Shown here piece after piece: positions 1 through 9,543 of a stretch of 55,561 nucleotides of DNA. Origin of the DNA: a virus (Duplodnaviria > Caudoviricetes). The stretch lies in IMG/VR virus record IMGVR_UViG_3300025112_006453, positions 1 through 55,561 of that record, one strand, 5' to 3'. The translations under genes were made by a program, and so were the position numbers. How positions within the stretch are numbered: position 1 is the stretch's first letter; every line of letters begins with the position of its first letter. Under the pieces are notes generated by a model. That model did not search any database, was not told the origin of the DNA, and saw only the letters and a list, made by a program, of their open reading frames with translations.

Positions 1-1
1 T

Positions 2-775
2 TCTTATATTCCACATGCTGTAAAGCCTAATATTTTTAAGCCCCTAGAAGAAGAAGTAGTAAAAGGATTTAAAGCTCAGAAAGGTCTGGCTGATAAATTT
101 GTTTGCTTTTGGAACAGTCGGAATGCACGAAGAAAGCAATCGGGAACACTAATTTGGTGGTTCAAAGAATTTTTGGACAAAGTCGGGCACGACAAGGCCA
201 CACTCATTATGCACACCGACGTAAAAGATCCTCATGGTCAAGATTTAGAAGCCATCATACACGAACTTGGGCTTACAAACGGGGAGATTCTTTTTTCTCG
301 AGAGAAGATTGATCCGACCAGCCTAGCTATGTTGTATAATATGGCCGACGTTACTATAAACCTTTCGGACGCCGAAGGCTTCGGCCTATCGGCTCTTGAG
401 TCACTTTCTAGTGGCACCCCGGTAATTGTGACGATGACCGGAGGCCTCCAAGATCAAGTTACGGATGGTAAAAATTGGTATGGTATTGGTATTGAGCCGG
501 CATCTAAAGCTATTATTGGTTCTCAACAGGTTCCATATATTTATGAGGATCGATTAAATAAAAATGATTTCATAGTTGCCTTGGAGCAGATGTATGAGAT
601 AGGTTCTGACGGCCGCCGTGAGTGGGGTCTTAAGTGCAGAGACTGGGTGGAGAAGAATTTTAATTTTGAGAATTTTGTGGAAGCATGGGATGAATTATTT
701 GAAAAGATTAATACCGAAAAGGGATCTTGGGATAGCAGAACTGGCTATACGCCCTATGAAGTGAGGACGTTCTAA
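2..775 (+). CDS. Glycosyltransferase, GT-B fold, GT4-like (5' truncated)
   Basis: The frame is open from base 2 (SYIPHAVKPNIFKP...WNSRNARRKQ). It has the GT4 motif EGFGLSALESLSSGTPVI (E-x7-E). Confidence 0.9.
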   Translation, partial: SYIPHAVKPNIFKPLEEEVVKGFKAQKGLADKFVCFWNSRNARRKQSGTLIWWFKEFLDKVGHDKATLIMHTDVKDPHGQDLEAIIHELGLTNGEILFSREKIDPTSLAMLYNMADVTINLSDAEGFGLSALESLSSGTPVIVTMTGGLQDQVTDGKNWYGIGIEPASKAIIGSQQVPYIYEDRLNKNDFIVALEQMYEIGSDGRREWGLKCRDWVEKNFNFENFVEAWDELFEKINTEKGSWDSRTGYTPYEVRTF

Positions 776-2034
776 TGTTACAAAAAATTCTTGTTAAAGG
801 GCCCGCGCTCTCCCGCTCGGGTTATGGAGAACAAACTAGGTTTGCATTGCGAGCACTAAAGTCTCGCGAAGATTTATTCGATATTTATGTTATTAACACC
901 CCGTGGGGAGGTACGGGTCAAATTGTCGAAAATGGAGAAATGCAACAGTGGATCCACGAAGTTATGACCAAAACGAGTCACTATGCTTCCCAGGGCGGCC
1001 AATTCGATCTATCTTTACAAGTTACGATTCCTCCCGAGTTTGAAAAAATTGCTCCAATCAATATTGGGTATACGGCTGGGATCGAGACTACGAAAGTGGC
1101 CCCCCAGTGGATTGAAAAATCAAATGCGGTAGTTGATAAGATAATTACAGTATCGCAGCACTCAAAGACGGTTTTTGAAAACACCAAATATGATGCCACA
1201 AACAAACAGACCGGGGAACAGGTTACAGGGTGGGGGCTGCAAGTACCAGTCGAAGCTGTTGGTTATCCTGTGCGACTGGCTGAGGCTGAAGCCGTCGATA
1301 TTAACTTAACAACAAGTAAGAATTTTTTGACCATTTCTCAGTGGGGCCCCCGAAAAAACTTAGATAATACCATAAAATGGTTTGTACAAGAGTTTGCAGA
1401 CGACGAGGATGCTGGACTTATTATAAAAGCTAATACCGCTTCTGATTCAATTATTGATCGTGTACAAACCGTAAATCGCCTCGAAGCTTTGTTAAGCACC
1501 ACCGGTGATCGAAAATGTAAGGTCTACTTAATTCACGGAGAACTGACTGAAGGCCAGCTGGGGTGGCTCTATCAGCACCCTACAATACAGGCTCTAATCA
1601 ATATTGCTCATGGAGAAGGATATGGACTGCCTTTATTTGAGGCCGCTTATAATGGGCTGCCAGTCATAACTATCACGTGGGGAGGCCAACTAGACTTTCT
1701 TTGCAGGAGCAATAAGAAAGGTAAACAAGTGCCACACGTTATTCGTGTTGACTATGATATTTCGCCTGTGCAAAAAGAGGCGGTTTGGGAAGGGGTTATC
1801 CAAAAAGACTCTATGTGGGCATATGCCAAAGAAGCCTCCTACAAACGAGCGCTGCGTGAGGCCATAGAGAAACAGAAACACTATCGCTCTCGCGCCAAAC
1901 TTCTTCAAAAGACGATACATCAGAACTTTTCTGAGGACGTTATGTTAGAGAAATTTGTAGCATGTGTTCATAAGGAGCCCGACGAAGAAGTAGTTGAGTG
2001 GCTTAAAAAGATCGAGGAAATGGAATCGCTGTGA
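775..2034 (+). CDS. Glycosyltransferase, GT4-like
   Basis: N-terminal SRSGYG, central PRKN, and the GT4 signature HGEGYGLPLFEAAYNGLPVI. TAATG overlap with the upstream gene. Confidence 0.9.
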   Translation: MLQKILVKGPALSRSGYGEQTRFALRALKSREDLFDIYVINTPWGGTGQIVENGEMQQWIHEVMTKTSHYASQGGQFDLSLQVTIPPEFEKIAPINIGYTAGIETTKVAPQWIEKSNAVVDKIITVSQHSKTVFENTKYDATNKQTGEQVTGWGLQVPVEAVGYPVRLAEAEAVDINLTTSKNFLTISQWGPRKNLDNTIKWFVQEFADDEDAGLIIKANTASDSIIDRVQTVNRLEALLSTTGDRKCKVYLIHGELTEGQLGWLYQHPTIQALINIAHGEGYGLPLFEAAYNGLPVITITWGGQLDFLCRSNKKGKQVPHVIRVDYDISPVQKEAVWEGVIQKDSMWAYAKEASYKRALREAIEKQKHYRSRAKLLQKTIHQNFSEDVMLEKFVACVHKEPDEEVVEWLKKIEEMESL

Positions 2035-2879
2035 GCCAAGTAATCTTTTTACAAGATTTCTTTGTTCATCAGCATCTTGGGGGAGGCGAACTGCATGACG
2101 CAGTTGTAATTAATTACTTCAAAAGCAGGGGTCTTCTCTATGATGAAGTAAATACATATAATGTTACGCCCGAGTACATTCTTCAAAACACCGATAAAGC
2201 GTGGTTTATAAGTAATTTTGTAGCACTAAAAAATGTTTGTAAAGCTTTGTTGGCAAAATACTGCAAATATGTGATATATGAACATGATTATAAGTTTCTA
2301 AAAAATAGAAACCCGATCGTTTACCCAAATTTTTTGGCTCCAGATAAAAGTCATAAATATAATTTTTCCTTTTATCAAAATGCAGAAAAGATAATTTGCT
2401 TAAGTAAATTTCACAAAAAGATATTTGATGATAATCTGGGTCTTTCAAACATTGATAACATCAATTGCAGTATGTGGGAGGATTCGGATCTAGAACTAAT
2501 GAAGTCACTTAACAATAGCCCGAAAAATGGAAAATATGCTGTTATTCAATCAGATAACAAAATAAAAAAAACGAAGGAGACTGTCTCATACTGCGAGAAG
2601 GCGCAGATTAACTTTGATTTAATAAAGGCGGACAATCATCATGATTTTTTGAAGATCCTGGCGCCATATCAGGCGTTAGTATTCCAAACCGGACACCCAG
2701 AGCCAACGCCGCGTATAGCTGTGGAAGCTAAAATGCTTAATTGTAATTTTATGTCGCAGAAGAATTTGATCGGTGTTGCTCACGAAGACTGGTTTCATTT
2801 AAACGGAAATGCTTTGATTAAAGAAGTGAGAGATATGCGTGATAAGGCCTGTTTGAAACTAGAAAGCATTCTTTTGTGA
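2031..2879 (+). CDS. Putative GT-B glycosyltransferase
   Basis: N-terminal GGGE loop and a C-terminal EPTPRIAVEAKMLNC E-x7-E motif. GTG start overlaps the upstream stop (GTGA). Confidence 0.7.
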   Translation: MSQVIFLQDFFVHQHLGGGELHDAVVINYFKSRGLLYDEVNTYNVTPEYILQNTDKAWFISNFVALKNVCKALLAKYCKYVIYEHDYKFLKNRNPIVYPNFLAPDKSHKYNFSFYQNAEKIICLSKFHKKIFDDNLGLSNIDNINCSMWEDSDLELMKSLNNSPKNGKYAVIQSDNKIKKTKETVSYCEKAQINFDLIKADNHHDFLKILAPYQALVFQTGHPEPTPRIAVEAKMLNCNFMSQKNLIGVAHEDWFHLNGNALIKEVRDMRDKACLKLESILL

Positions 2880-3580
2880 GGCACAACATATTAACTGTAG
2901 TAAATGAGGGGTATGCCGATTTTGGGAAGCTCTTTTTAAATTCATTATTTGAAAACGTAGACCTTCAACAAGTTGATAAAATATTAGTGCATGATACAGG
3001 ACTCTCCCAGAGTACAATAGAATACTACAATTATTTTCCAAAAGTTGAGATTGTTCCGACCGGCGCCAATTACCGATCTAATGAAATACATGACAAAGGG
3101 TGGAAAGATAACACTTACTCTAAAACAAAATATTTACTCGAGTCGCTAGAAGAAAGAGGACTTCCTACCCTGATGATTGATTCCGATTGTATATTTGCTT
3201 CATCTTTTGACGATTTAATAGATGAGAAAGCAGACATAGTTGTTTGTTCGCGAAATCGAGAAGGGTTTTCGAAATATATTGGTTCTTTTTTTGGCGCCAT
3301 AAACGTTGAAAAATCTAAGGACTTTTTATCGAAATGGATTAAGAATGTTGAATTATTACAGGATACCACCGAAATGAAACATTGCGAAAGCCCCGCGCTT
3401 TCCAAAACTATTGATGAAGAAACTATCGTAGCCCAAGAGTTACCCGAGCAAACAATATCAGCAACTTTTCCCGACAGCACTTCACTTATATATCATTTAA
3501 AATCAGACTATTATGCCACCACCATCGAGCAGCGGCTTTCGTTGCCTCATTCAACACCATTTAGAAAGAGATATTTGTAA
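2876..3580 (+). CDS. Putative GT-A nucleotide-diphospho-sugar transferase
   Basis: DxD motif (LMIDSDCIF), HDTGLS, and a late H (LIYHLK) typical of the GT-A fold. Cluster context agrees. Confidence 0.7.
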   Translation: MRHNILTVVNEGYADFGKLFLNSLFENVDLQQVDKILVHDTGLSQSTIEYYNYFPKVEIVPTGANYRSNEIHDKGWKDNTYSKTKYLLESLEERGLPTLMIDSDCIFASSFDDLIDEKADIVVCSRNREGFSKYIGSFFGAINVEKSKDFLSKWIKNVELLQDTTEMKHCESPALSKTIDEETIVAQELPEQTISATFPDSTSLIYHLKSDYYATTIEQRLSLPHSTPFRKRYL

Positions 3581-4287
3581 TGTCTCTATCGGTAGTAATA
3601 ACCACGTTCAACAGAAGCGAAGTTCTAAGACAAAATCTTGATCAGTTTAAGAAGCAGACAGACATGGATTTTGAGATTGTCGTAGCCATTGACGGCTCGA
3701 CCGATGATACGAAGGAAATGCTAGCAGGCTACGATGCGCCATTCTCAATTAAATGGGTTGATACCGAAATAAAAGATAAATATTGCTTAGCAAAAGCAAG
3801 AAACATGGGTATAATAGAGACTACAAAGCCTATTATTGTAATATTAGATGATGATAGTTTTCCTGTGGGGGGTTTTGTGGCAGCACACAAATCTAGCGTC
3901 ATGCCGAAAGTATTAACTGGCGGTTATCGTAACTCTCACGATCCAAAGGATTCCTTGCACCCTAAGATGAAAAAGACACTTTTAAAATATGGAATCAAAA
4001 AGCCACAACCTATAACCGAAAGGATTGTAGAAAACAACGCATGCATGCTGCGCAAGGACTGGATTGGTTGTGGCATGTTTTCGGAAAGGTTTGAGGGGTA
4101 TGGCGGTTGCGGACAGGAGTTTGTAGCTCGCTTGGCTCATCAGGGGTTTAAGTATCAATTTAATCCAGAGGCGATGATGTATCACCATCGGGAGTTTGAG
4201 GGAGACAATGGTCTCACTAGAGAAATAAAAAATAGGCAAGCAAGCGAATCAGTTCAAATGATTCAGAAACATTGTTGGAGTTATTAA
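3580..4287 (+). CDS. Glycosyltransferase family 2
   Basis: SVVITTFNR, DGSTDDT, ARNMGI, ILDDD and FSERFEGYGG motifs. Confidence 0.92.
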   Translation: MSLSVVITTFNRSEVLRQNLDQFKKQTDMDFEIVVAIDGSTDDTKEMLAGYDAPFSIKWVDTEIKDKYCLAKARNMGIIETTKPIIVILDDDSFPVGGFVAAHKSSVMPKVLTGGYRNSHDPKDSLHPKMKKTLLKYGIKKPQPITERIVENNACMLRKDWIGCGMFSERFEGYGGCGQEFVARLAHQGFKYQFNPEAMMYHHREFEGDNGLTREIKNRQASESVQMIQKHCWSY

Positions 4288-4320
4288 CAAATGAATTTGT
4301 TAAAGTAGAGAGGGGAAGGA

Positions 4321-4989
4321 ATGTCCTTTGTAGATAAAAATGAAGAAATATGTTTCATTCATATTGCAAAGAATGCTGGTAAATCTATTTCTTCTGCTCT
4401 AAAGAAACATTTTGAACCTTCCGAAGCTTCTGCTGGTCGTCACCCCTGGGGACTTGGCTCGGGCCACTGCACGTATTATCAGGCTCTGCGCGATTTTCCA
4501 GAAACATCTAAAAAATGGTATGCTTTTGCAGCTGTGAGAGAGCCAGTTGATAGGCTGGTGTCTGCCTACTATTATTTAAATGGGATCCCATCCCCGGGCT
4601 GGGAAGAAACCCTCAAATTTGATAAATTCGTAGAGGCTATTTACCGACTTTCTTGGGGTGGCGGCAACGATCGCTGGTCACCAGATTTGTGGTGGAAAGA
4701 TTATGCCCGGCGCTCCTTAAGCGGACAAAAATCGCGCTGGGCCCTCCCACATATAGTCCCTCAAAACTTTTATTTTAATGATAATCATAATATTAATTTA
4801 TTTAAGTTGGATAAACTTGATGAAATGTCTTTAGTCTTTAAGGAGAAATTTGACTGTGATCTCCACATCCCGCATCTTGGTGCCAGCGTAAACCGAAAGA
4901 ATATTGAGATTTCAACACATCAACTTAAAATAATTGAAAAAATTTATGAAAAGGATTTTGAAATTTATGGTCGGTTATCGTCGAAATGA
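4321..4989 (+). CDS. Sulfotransferase (Sulfotransfer_2-like, carbohydrate sulfotransferase)
   Basis: 5'-PAPS loop FIHIAKNAGKSI, 3'-PB motif VREPVDRLVSAY, HIVPQ, and C-terminal IYEKDFEIYG. Confidence 0.85.
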   Translation: MSFVDKNEEICFIHIAKNAGKSISSALKKHFEPSEASAGRHPWGLGSGHCTYYQALRDFPETSKKWYAFAAVREPVDRLVSAYYYLNGIPSPGWEETLKFDKFVEAIYRLSWGGGNDRWSPDLWWKDYARRSLSGQKSRWALPHIVPQNFYFNDNHNINLFKLDKLDEMSLVFKEKFDCDLHIPHLGASVNRKNIEISTHQLKIIEKIYEKDFEIYGRLSSK

Positions 4990-5025
4990 GAGAAGTTGCA
5001 ATTAAAAAAATATGTAGTAAATTTG

Positions 5026-5619
5026 ATGAAAAAACTTAACAATTATAAAACTTACAAAGACTATCTTCTTCATCAGGCTGCCAAAACGACAGACCCCTAT
5101 CGTAGGGAAAAGTGGCTCGGTAAAGAATGGGATATAAAACTAGATGGATTTAAAAAGATCTTTATCGAAAAAGAAGAGTTACTTAAAGAATGTCGGAATG
5201 TCCTGTGCGTCGGCGCCCGTACAGGACAAGAGGTGGTGGCCCTCAAAGATTTGGGATATCATGCTGTGGGGATTGATTTAATTCCATGTGCTCCTCACGT
5301 TATTCATGGCGATATGCACAACCTTGAGTTTGAAAATAACTCATTTGACTGCGTTTTTTCTAATGTATTTGATCATTCTTTACATCCAGAGAAAAAATGT
5401 AGCGAGATAGAGAGAGTGTTATCTCCAGACGGAGTTATAATCATGCAATTTCAACTAAATGTTTCACAAGATAAATATACAGAGGTTGAAATCAACAGTC
5501 TCCTTGATGATGTGGTGCCTCTGTTTGATAACTGTACGGTTGTTTCTTGCGGCCCAATTGCTGCTAATTTTGCGGCCATGAATCACGAACTTGTTTTGAG
5601 AAAGAACCTGAGCTCATAA
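5026..5619 (+). CDS. Class I SAM-dependent methyltransferase (Methyltransf_11-like)
   Basis: VLCVGARTG motif I, GDMHNLEFENNSFDCVFSN and EIERVLSPDG. ATG 5026 is preferred over TTG 4996. Confidence 0.85.
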   Translation: MKKLNNYKTYKDYLLHQAAKTTDPYRREKWLGKEWDIKLDGFKKIFIEKEELLKECRNVLCVGARTGQEVVALKDLGYHAVGIDLIPCAPHVIHGDMHNLEFENNSFDCVFSNVFDHSLHPEKKCSEIERVLSPDGVIIMQFQLNVSQDKYTEVEINSLLDDVVPLFDNCTVVSCGPIAANFAAMNHELVLRKNLSS

Positions 5620-5620
5620 A

Positions 5621-6283
5621 ATGCTGAAAGACATATTAGATACTCACCTGTCGGAGATAGAGGTACCCCGCGACTACCAGCGAATTTGGGATGAGGTTAA
5701 TCTGCCAACACAAATACGAAAAGCAGAAAGAAACAATCTTCCGCCTGCACAGAGAGAGGCTGTTTTTGAGAGGCTCTCGAAACGTGGCTATTATTTAACC
5801 CAGATAGCTCACAAATATGGCGCCAAAAACATATTGGAAGTGGGAACAGCAGAAGGCTGGCAGTTTTTTAGTTTTGGGGAGTATTGCCGCGGCGAATCTG
5901 GCCATGTCTGGAGTTGCGATGTAGAAGATAAGTACGATAAATCATACGCCCAAAAATATTCCGATGTGTGCACCTTCGTACATGGCGATAGCGCTAAATT
6001 AACTGCTAAGCTTCGCGAAGAAAATGTAAAGATTGATTTATTTTACGTCGACGGATCTCATGAGCGAGGTGCCGTAATAAGAGACGTTTTGAACTTGAAA
6101 GAACTACAATCCGACGAGAGGACTCCTATTTGGATTTTTGACGACTATGATCAAAGATTTGGGTGTTATAATGACATTGCAATGATTCTAGATAAGGTGC
6201 CATCATATTTTGTATACTCAGTTGGCAAGACGGCCAGCAATAATCCAAATCACCAAGTCGTTGTTCGAGGAAGATTTCCATGA
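5621..6283 (+). CDS. Class I SAM-dependent methyltransferase (Methyltransf_24-like)
   Basis: ILEVGTAEG, HGDS, IDLFYVDGSH and IFDDY motifs. Confidence 0.85.
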   Translation: MLKDILDTHLSEIEVPRDYQRIWDEVNLPTQIRKAERNNLPPAQREAVFERLSKRGYYLTQIAHKYGAKNILEVGTAEGWQFFSFGEYCRGESGHVWSCDVEDKYDKSYAQKYSDVCTFVHGDSAKLTAKLREENVKIDLFYVDGSHERGAVIRDVLNLKELQSDERTPIWIFDDYDQRFGCYNDIAMILDKVPSYFVYSVGKTASNNPNHQVVVRGRFP

Positions 6284-7227
6284 AAATATTATATATTGAA
6301 AGACAACATACTGATACTTTTTCATATTATAATGAAATCATGAAAGCTGTTGGAAATGAGGCACAAACATATCAATATTCTAATTGGTCTCCAAAACAAA
6401 AACTGAACTTACACGTCCGAGACCTGGCCACATACATTAGAGCCACCAACTTTGTACCAGAAGTATTTTTATTTGGTTTCGGCTGGACCGACTGTTCTTA
6501 TGATTATCCCAACGTTATAGATGGTCTGCGCGAGAGTGGAATCCCCACAGCCGTAATTCTAAACAAAGAATATGCCGCCTTAGATAAGAAGCTTGATTGG
6601 ATAAAAGATTTAAATCCTATATGCGCATTTACAGTTCATCATGATTATCAAGAATATGAAAAAACTACAGGTATTCCATTCTATCAATTACCGTTTGCCG
6701 TCAATCCGAATATCTTTAAAGATTATGGAGAAGAATATGATTGCGACTTTGGGTTTACTGGAATAGTGCGCCCGGAGCAAACAAACAATTGGCGTCAAAA
6801 GATCGAGGAGCGCAGCAGAGAATGGGAAGATATTAATTTTTCGTTTTCTGCCCATCGCCGCGATACTCTGGAAAGCTATGCTAGGCGCATTAGCCGATCT
6901 AAAATATGGCTTAGCACAACTGGACCCGGCGATTTAGTGGGGCCGAGATATTATGAAGTAATGGCAGCCGGAAGAACTCTTTTGATGTGTAATCGATTTG
7001 ATAGAGGATATGAAGGTCTCTTTAGTGAAGACGAACACTGTGTTATGTTTGAAACCCTGGAAGAGCTAGAAGATAAACTTCGGTATTATCTTGCAAACGA
7101 AGACAAGCGCGTACAAATCATACGAAATGCTCAGGCACACACTCTCAAACACCACACATGGCAGGAAAGAGCCCAGAGGGTGATATCAGGTATTACAGAA
7201 AATTTGGAGAAAAAAACAGATGAGTAA
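6280..7227 (+). CDS. Glycosyltransferase, CgeB/Glyco_trans_1_2-like
   Basis: LPFAVNP, DFGFTG, RYYEVMAAG, ELEDKLRYYL and HTWQERA are typical of this GT-B subgroup. Confidence 0.85.
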   Translation: MKILYIERQHTDTFSYYNEIMKAVGNEAQTYQYSNWSPKQKLNLHVRDLATYIRATNFVPEVFLFGFGWTDCSYDYPNVIDGLRESGIPTAVILNKEYAALDKKLDWIKDLNPICAFTVHHDYQEYEKTTGIPFYQLPFAVNPNIFKDYGEEYDCDFGFTGIVRPEQTNNWRQKIEERSREWEDINFSFSAHRRDTLESYARRISRSKIWLSTTGPGDLVGPRYYEVMAAGRTLLMCNRFDRGYEGLFSEDEHCVMFETLEELEDKLRYYLANEDKRVQIIRNAQAHTLKHHTWQERAQRVISGITENLEKKTDE

Positions 7228-8152
7228 AGGCAAACATAACGCAGCAATTTATTTGTTATCATCTCGAACCTCTATGCTTAAAAAATCTTTAGAATTTTTA
7301 TATTCAAACTGGAATAATGAGTATGATTATCCCGTATATGTACATTATTTCGACAACATCTATAGTCAAGAATTTATTAATAATATTACAAGCACTATTT
7401 CACCGAAGATTTCTTTTCATCAAATTGATTACGAAGTTCCCGAACATATACCCGAAGAGACGTTATTCTATAATCGCAAATATTTGAAATATGTTCGTAC
7501 TTCATTTCCACCGGCAAGAATTGGATACTTGCACATGGAACATTTTGTTAATAATTTCCACAAATATGGTGAAAAGGGCTGTTTAATTAAAGATTTAGAG
7601 AAATACGATTATTTGATGAGGATTGATGACGACTCGTGGTTTAAGGAGAAAATAGATTTTGATCTCTTTGATCGCGTTCAGGATGTTCCTGTGGCCACTG
7701 CGTATAGCTGGCGACACGCGCATTGGCGCCATGAGCAAACTACTGAAAATCTATGGAAATTTTATTTGGCATATTTAAATATTAAAAATATTAAGCCCGA
7801 AAGTATCAAAAACAATATTCTAAGAGAGGCCGCCATGACGCGTAGCACAGAGCTAACATTCCCACAGACAGTAGAAGTTAGTTGTGGTAACTTGAATATT
7901 TATAATATTAAGATGCTCTTGAATGCCGGTTATGAAGACTGGATGAATTTTGTTAATGATTACGGCGGCGCCTACAAGCATCGTTGGGGCGATATTGAAA
8001 CAATAGCATTATTTACTGGCACGATGTTTGAGTATCCTCTTCGAGTTCTGGGGCTAAAAGAAAAGGGACTTTATAATCCCCAGCTCCCTGGCTGGACGTA
8101 TGCTCCGAGTACACTACATAATGAAGGGCCTTCGAGAGGAAAAAAAAGCTAA
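7220..8152 (+). CDS. GT15 (Kre2/Mnt1)-like glycosyltransferase, putative mannosyltransferase
   Basis: YDYPVYV, GYLHMEHF, YDYLMRIDDDS and YKHRWGD parallel the GT15 motifs YRHMCRF, YWRVEP and ERWGD. Confidence 0.7.
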   Translation: MSKGKHNAAIYLLSSRTSMLKKSLEFLYSNWNNEYDYPVYVHYFDNIYSQEFINNITSTISPKISFHQIDYEVPEHIPEETLFYNRKYLKYVRTSFPPARIGYLHMEHFVNNFHKYGEKGCLIKDLEKYDYLMRIDDDSWFKEKIDFDLFDRVQDVPVATAYSWRHAHWRHEQTTENLWKFYLAYLNIKNIKPESIKNNILREAAMTRSTELTFPQTVEVSCGNLNIYNIKMLLNAGYEDWMNFVNDYGGAYKHRWGDIETIALFTGTMFEYPLRVLGLKEKGLYNPQLPGWTYAPSTLHNEGPSRGKKS

Positions 8153-8799
8153 TGAAAGTCCTTATATGCGGTAGAGGCGAATCTCTAAAATACTATAAAA
8201 AGCTTAAAGACAAAAAATTTGATTATATATATTTGATAAACGATTTTAATATTTTTATACGTCAGGACGCCGAACTATTATCTTTTTTTCAAGCCAATAA
8301 GAATGCAAAAATAATACAACAAGTTAATATATGCATCACAGGAGTTGATAGTTTTTTGTTGAAAAATTTATCTATACATGAATGCCGCGTAGCACGGTGC
8401 CCTCACATACCAGGTAGTTCTCATTGGGTCGATGACAAGGCGGACACAACAAAGTTTATGAGACAAGGGCTTGATATAGAGGTTAAGCCATACCCGTCTT
8501 TGTTAAGGAACCACATTGTTGATCTAGAAGTATCTAATTCTTTGCCCGTTGCAATAATAGATGCAGCAATTACCAAAGGATGTGAGGAAGTTACCGTGCT
8601 AGGAGCAGATTTTTACGAAACAGGATACTATTTAAATGCGCCGCAAAATTGGACTACTGAAAATACGAAGCCTACCCAAGATAGGCTTAAGAGCGGGATG
8701 ACCAGGGTGTGTAAAGAGTTTTCAGATGTGCGATTTACATTTTATACTTATTCGTCATATAATAGTGGTTTACATAATTGTAATTTTATAAAATTATAA
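8152..8799 (+). CDS. Cst/GT42- or Maf-like putative nonulosonic acid (sialyl) transferase
   Basis: N-terminal KVLICGRGESL and GCEEVTVLGADFY resemble CstII KKVIIAGNGPSL and GYKEIYLSGIDFY. The gene lies directly before neuA/neuB. Confidence 0.55.
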   Translation: MKVLICGRGESLKYYKKLKDKKFDYIYLINDFNIFIRQDAELLSFFQANKNAKIIQQVNICITGVDSFLLKNLSIHECRVARCPHIPGSSHWVDDKADTTKFMRQGLDIEVKPYPSLLRNHIVDLEVSNSLPVAIIDAAITKGCEEVTVLGADFYETGYYLNAPQNWTTENTKPTQDRLKSGMTRVCKEFSDVRFTFYTYSSYNSGLHNCNFIKL

Positions 8800-8816
8800 C
8801 TAAGTTAATAAAAAAG

Positions 8817-8845
8817 TCGACAAACAGCCTAAAGTGTGTTATATT
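8817..8845 (+). promoter_or_regulatory. Sigma70-type promoter upstream of neuA
   Basis: TCGACA (8817-8822), a 17-nt spacer, and TATATT (8840-8845) with extended -10 TG (8837-8838). An A-tract lies upstream. The site is in one of the few intergenic gaps of the cluster. Confidence 0.5.
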
Positions 8846-8877
8846 ATAGAAAAAGGATAAATAATGGTATATGTTAT

Positions 8878-9543
8878 ATGAGTGCGATTAAAGATAACAA
8901 AGATAATTTATGGATCGTCATCCCCGCACGCCAAGGCTCCGTTGGATTTCCAAATAAAAATAGGCTACTTTTTGAATACACTGCTTTACAGATACCTGAA
9001 TACCTAAGAAAAAGAACGGTAGTAACAACAGACGACGATGTTTTAAAAAAAGAGGCATCCGCTTTTGGATTTATTGTTATCGACCGGCCTGAAATTTTGG
9101 CCACAGCTGAAGCAAGCACAAGAGACGCACTGGATCATGTAAAAGAATATTTGTGCATGTCTGAAAACGATGTTGTAATAATGCTATACTTAACCTTCCC
9201 GGAGAGAAGATTTAAGGATGTAGAAAAAGTGTTTGATTTTTATAAGGATAACGGTGCTAAAAGCGTGCTTTGTAAAAGCAAAGTAGACAAACATCCATAT
9301 TTGTGTCTATATGAGGAACCGGGCAACACCGGCAGACAGATTATAAGACACGATATGTACAGAAGACAAGATTACCCAAAGTGTTTCTTTGTGCTTCATT
9401 ATGTGACTATCTGCAAAGTATCAGAGATCGACAAATTAAACAAAAATCTTTATAATAACGACACACTATATTTTTCAATAGAAAGAAAGATAGACATTGA
9501 TGAACCAGAACATTTTGAGAAATGGAAAAAAGATGACTTTTAG
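8878..9543 (+). CDS. neuA: Acylneuraminate (CMP-nonulosonate) cytidylyltransferase
   Basis: IPARQGSVGFPNKN, VTTDD, IDRPEILA, RRQD and IDIDEPEHF. ATG 8878 is preferred over GTG 8836. Confidence 0.88.
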   Translation: MSAIKDNKDNLWIVIPARQGSVGFPNKNRLLFEYTALQIPEYLRKRTVVTTDDDVLKKEASAFGFIVIDRPEILATAEASTRDALDHVKEYLCMSENDVVIMLYLTFPERRFKDVEKVFDFYKDNGAKSVLCKSKVDKHPYLCLYEEPGNTGRQIIRHDMYRRQDYPKCFFVLHYVTICKVSEIDKLNKNLYNNDTLYFSIERKIDIDEPEHFEKWKKDDF

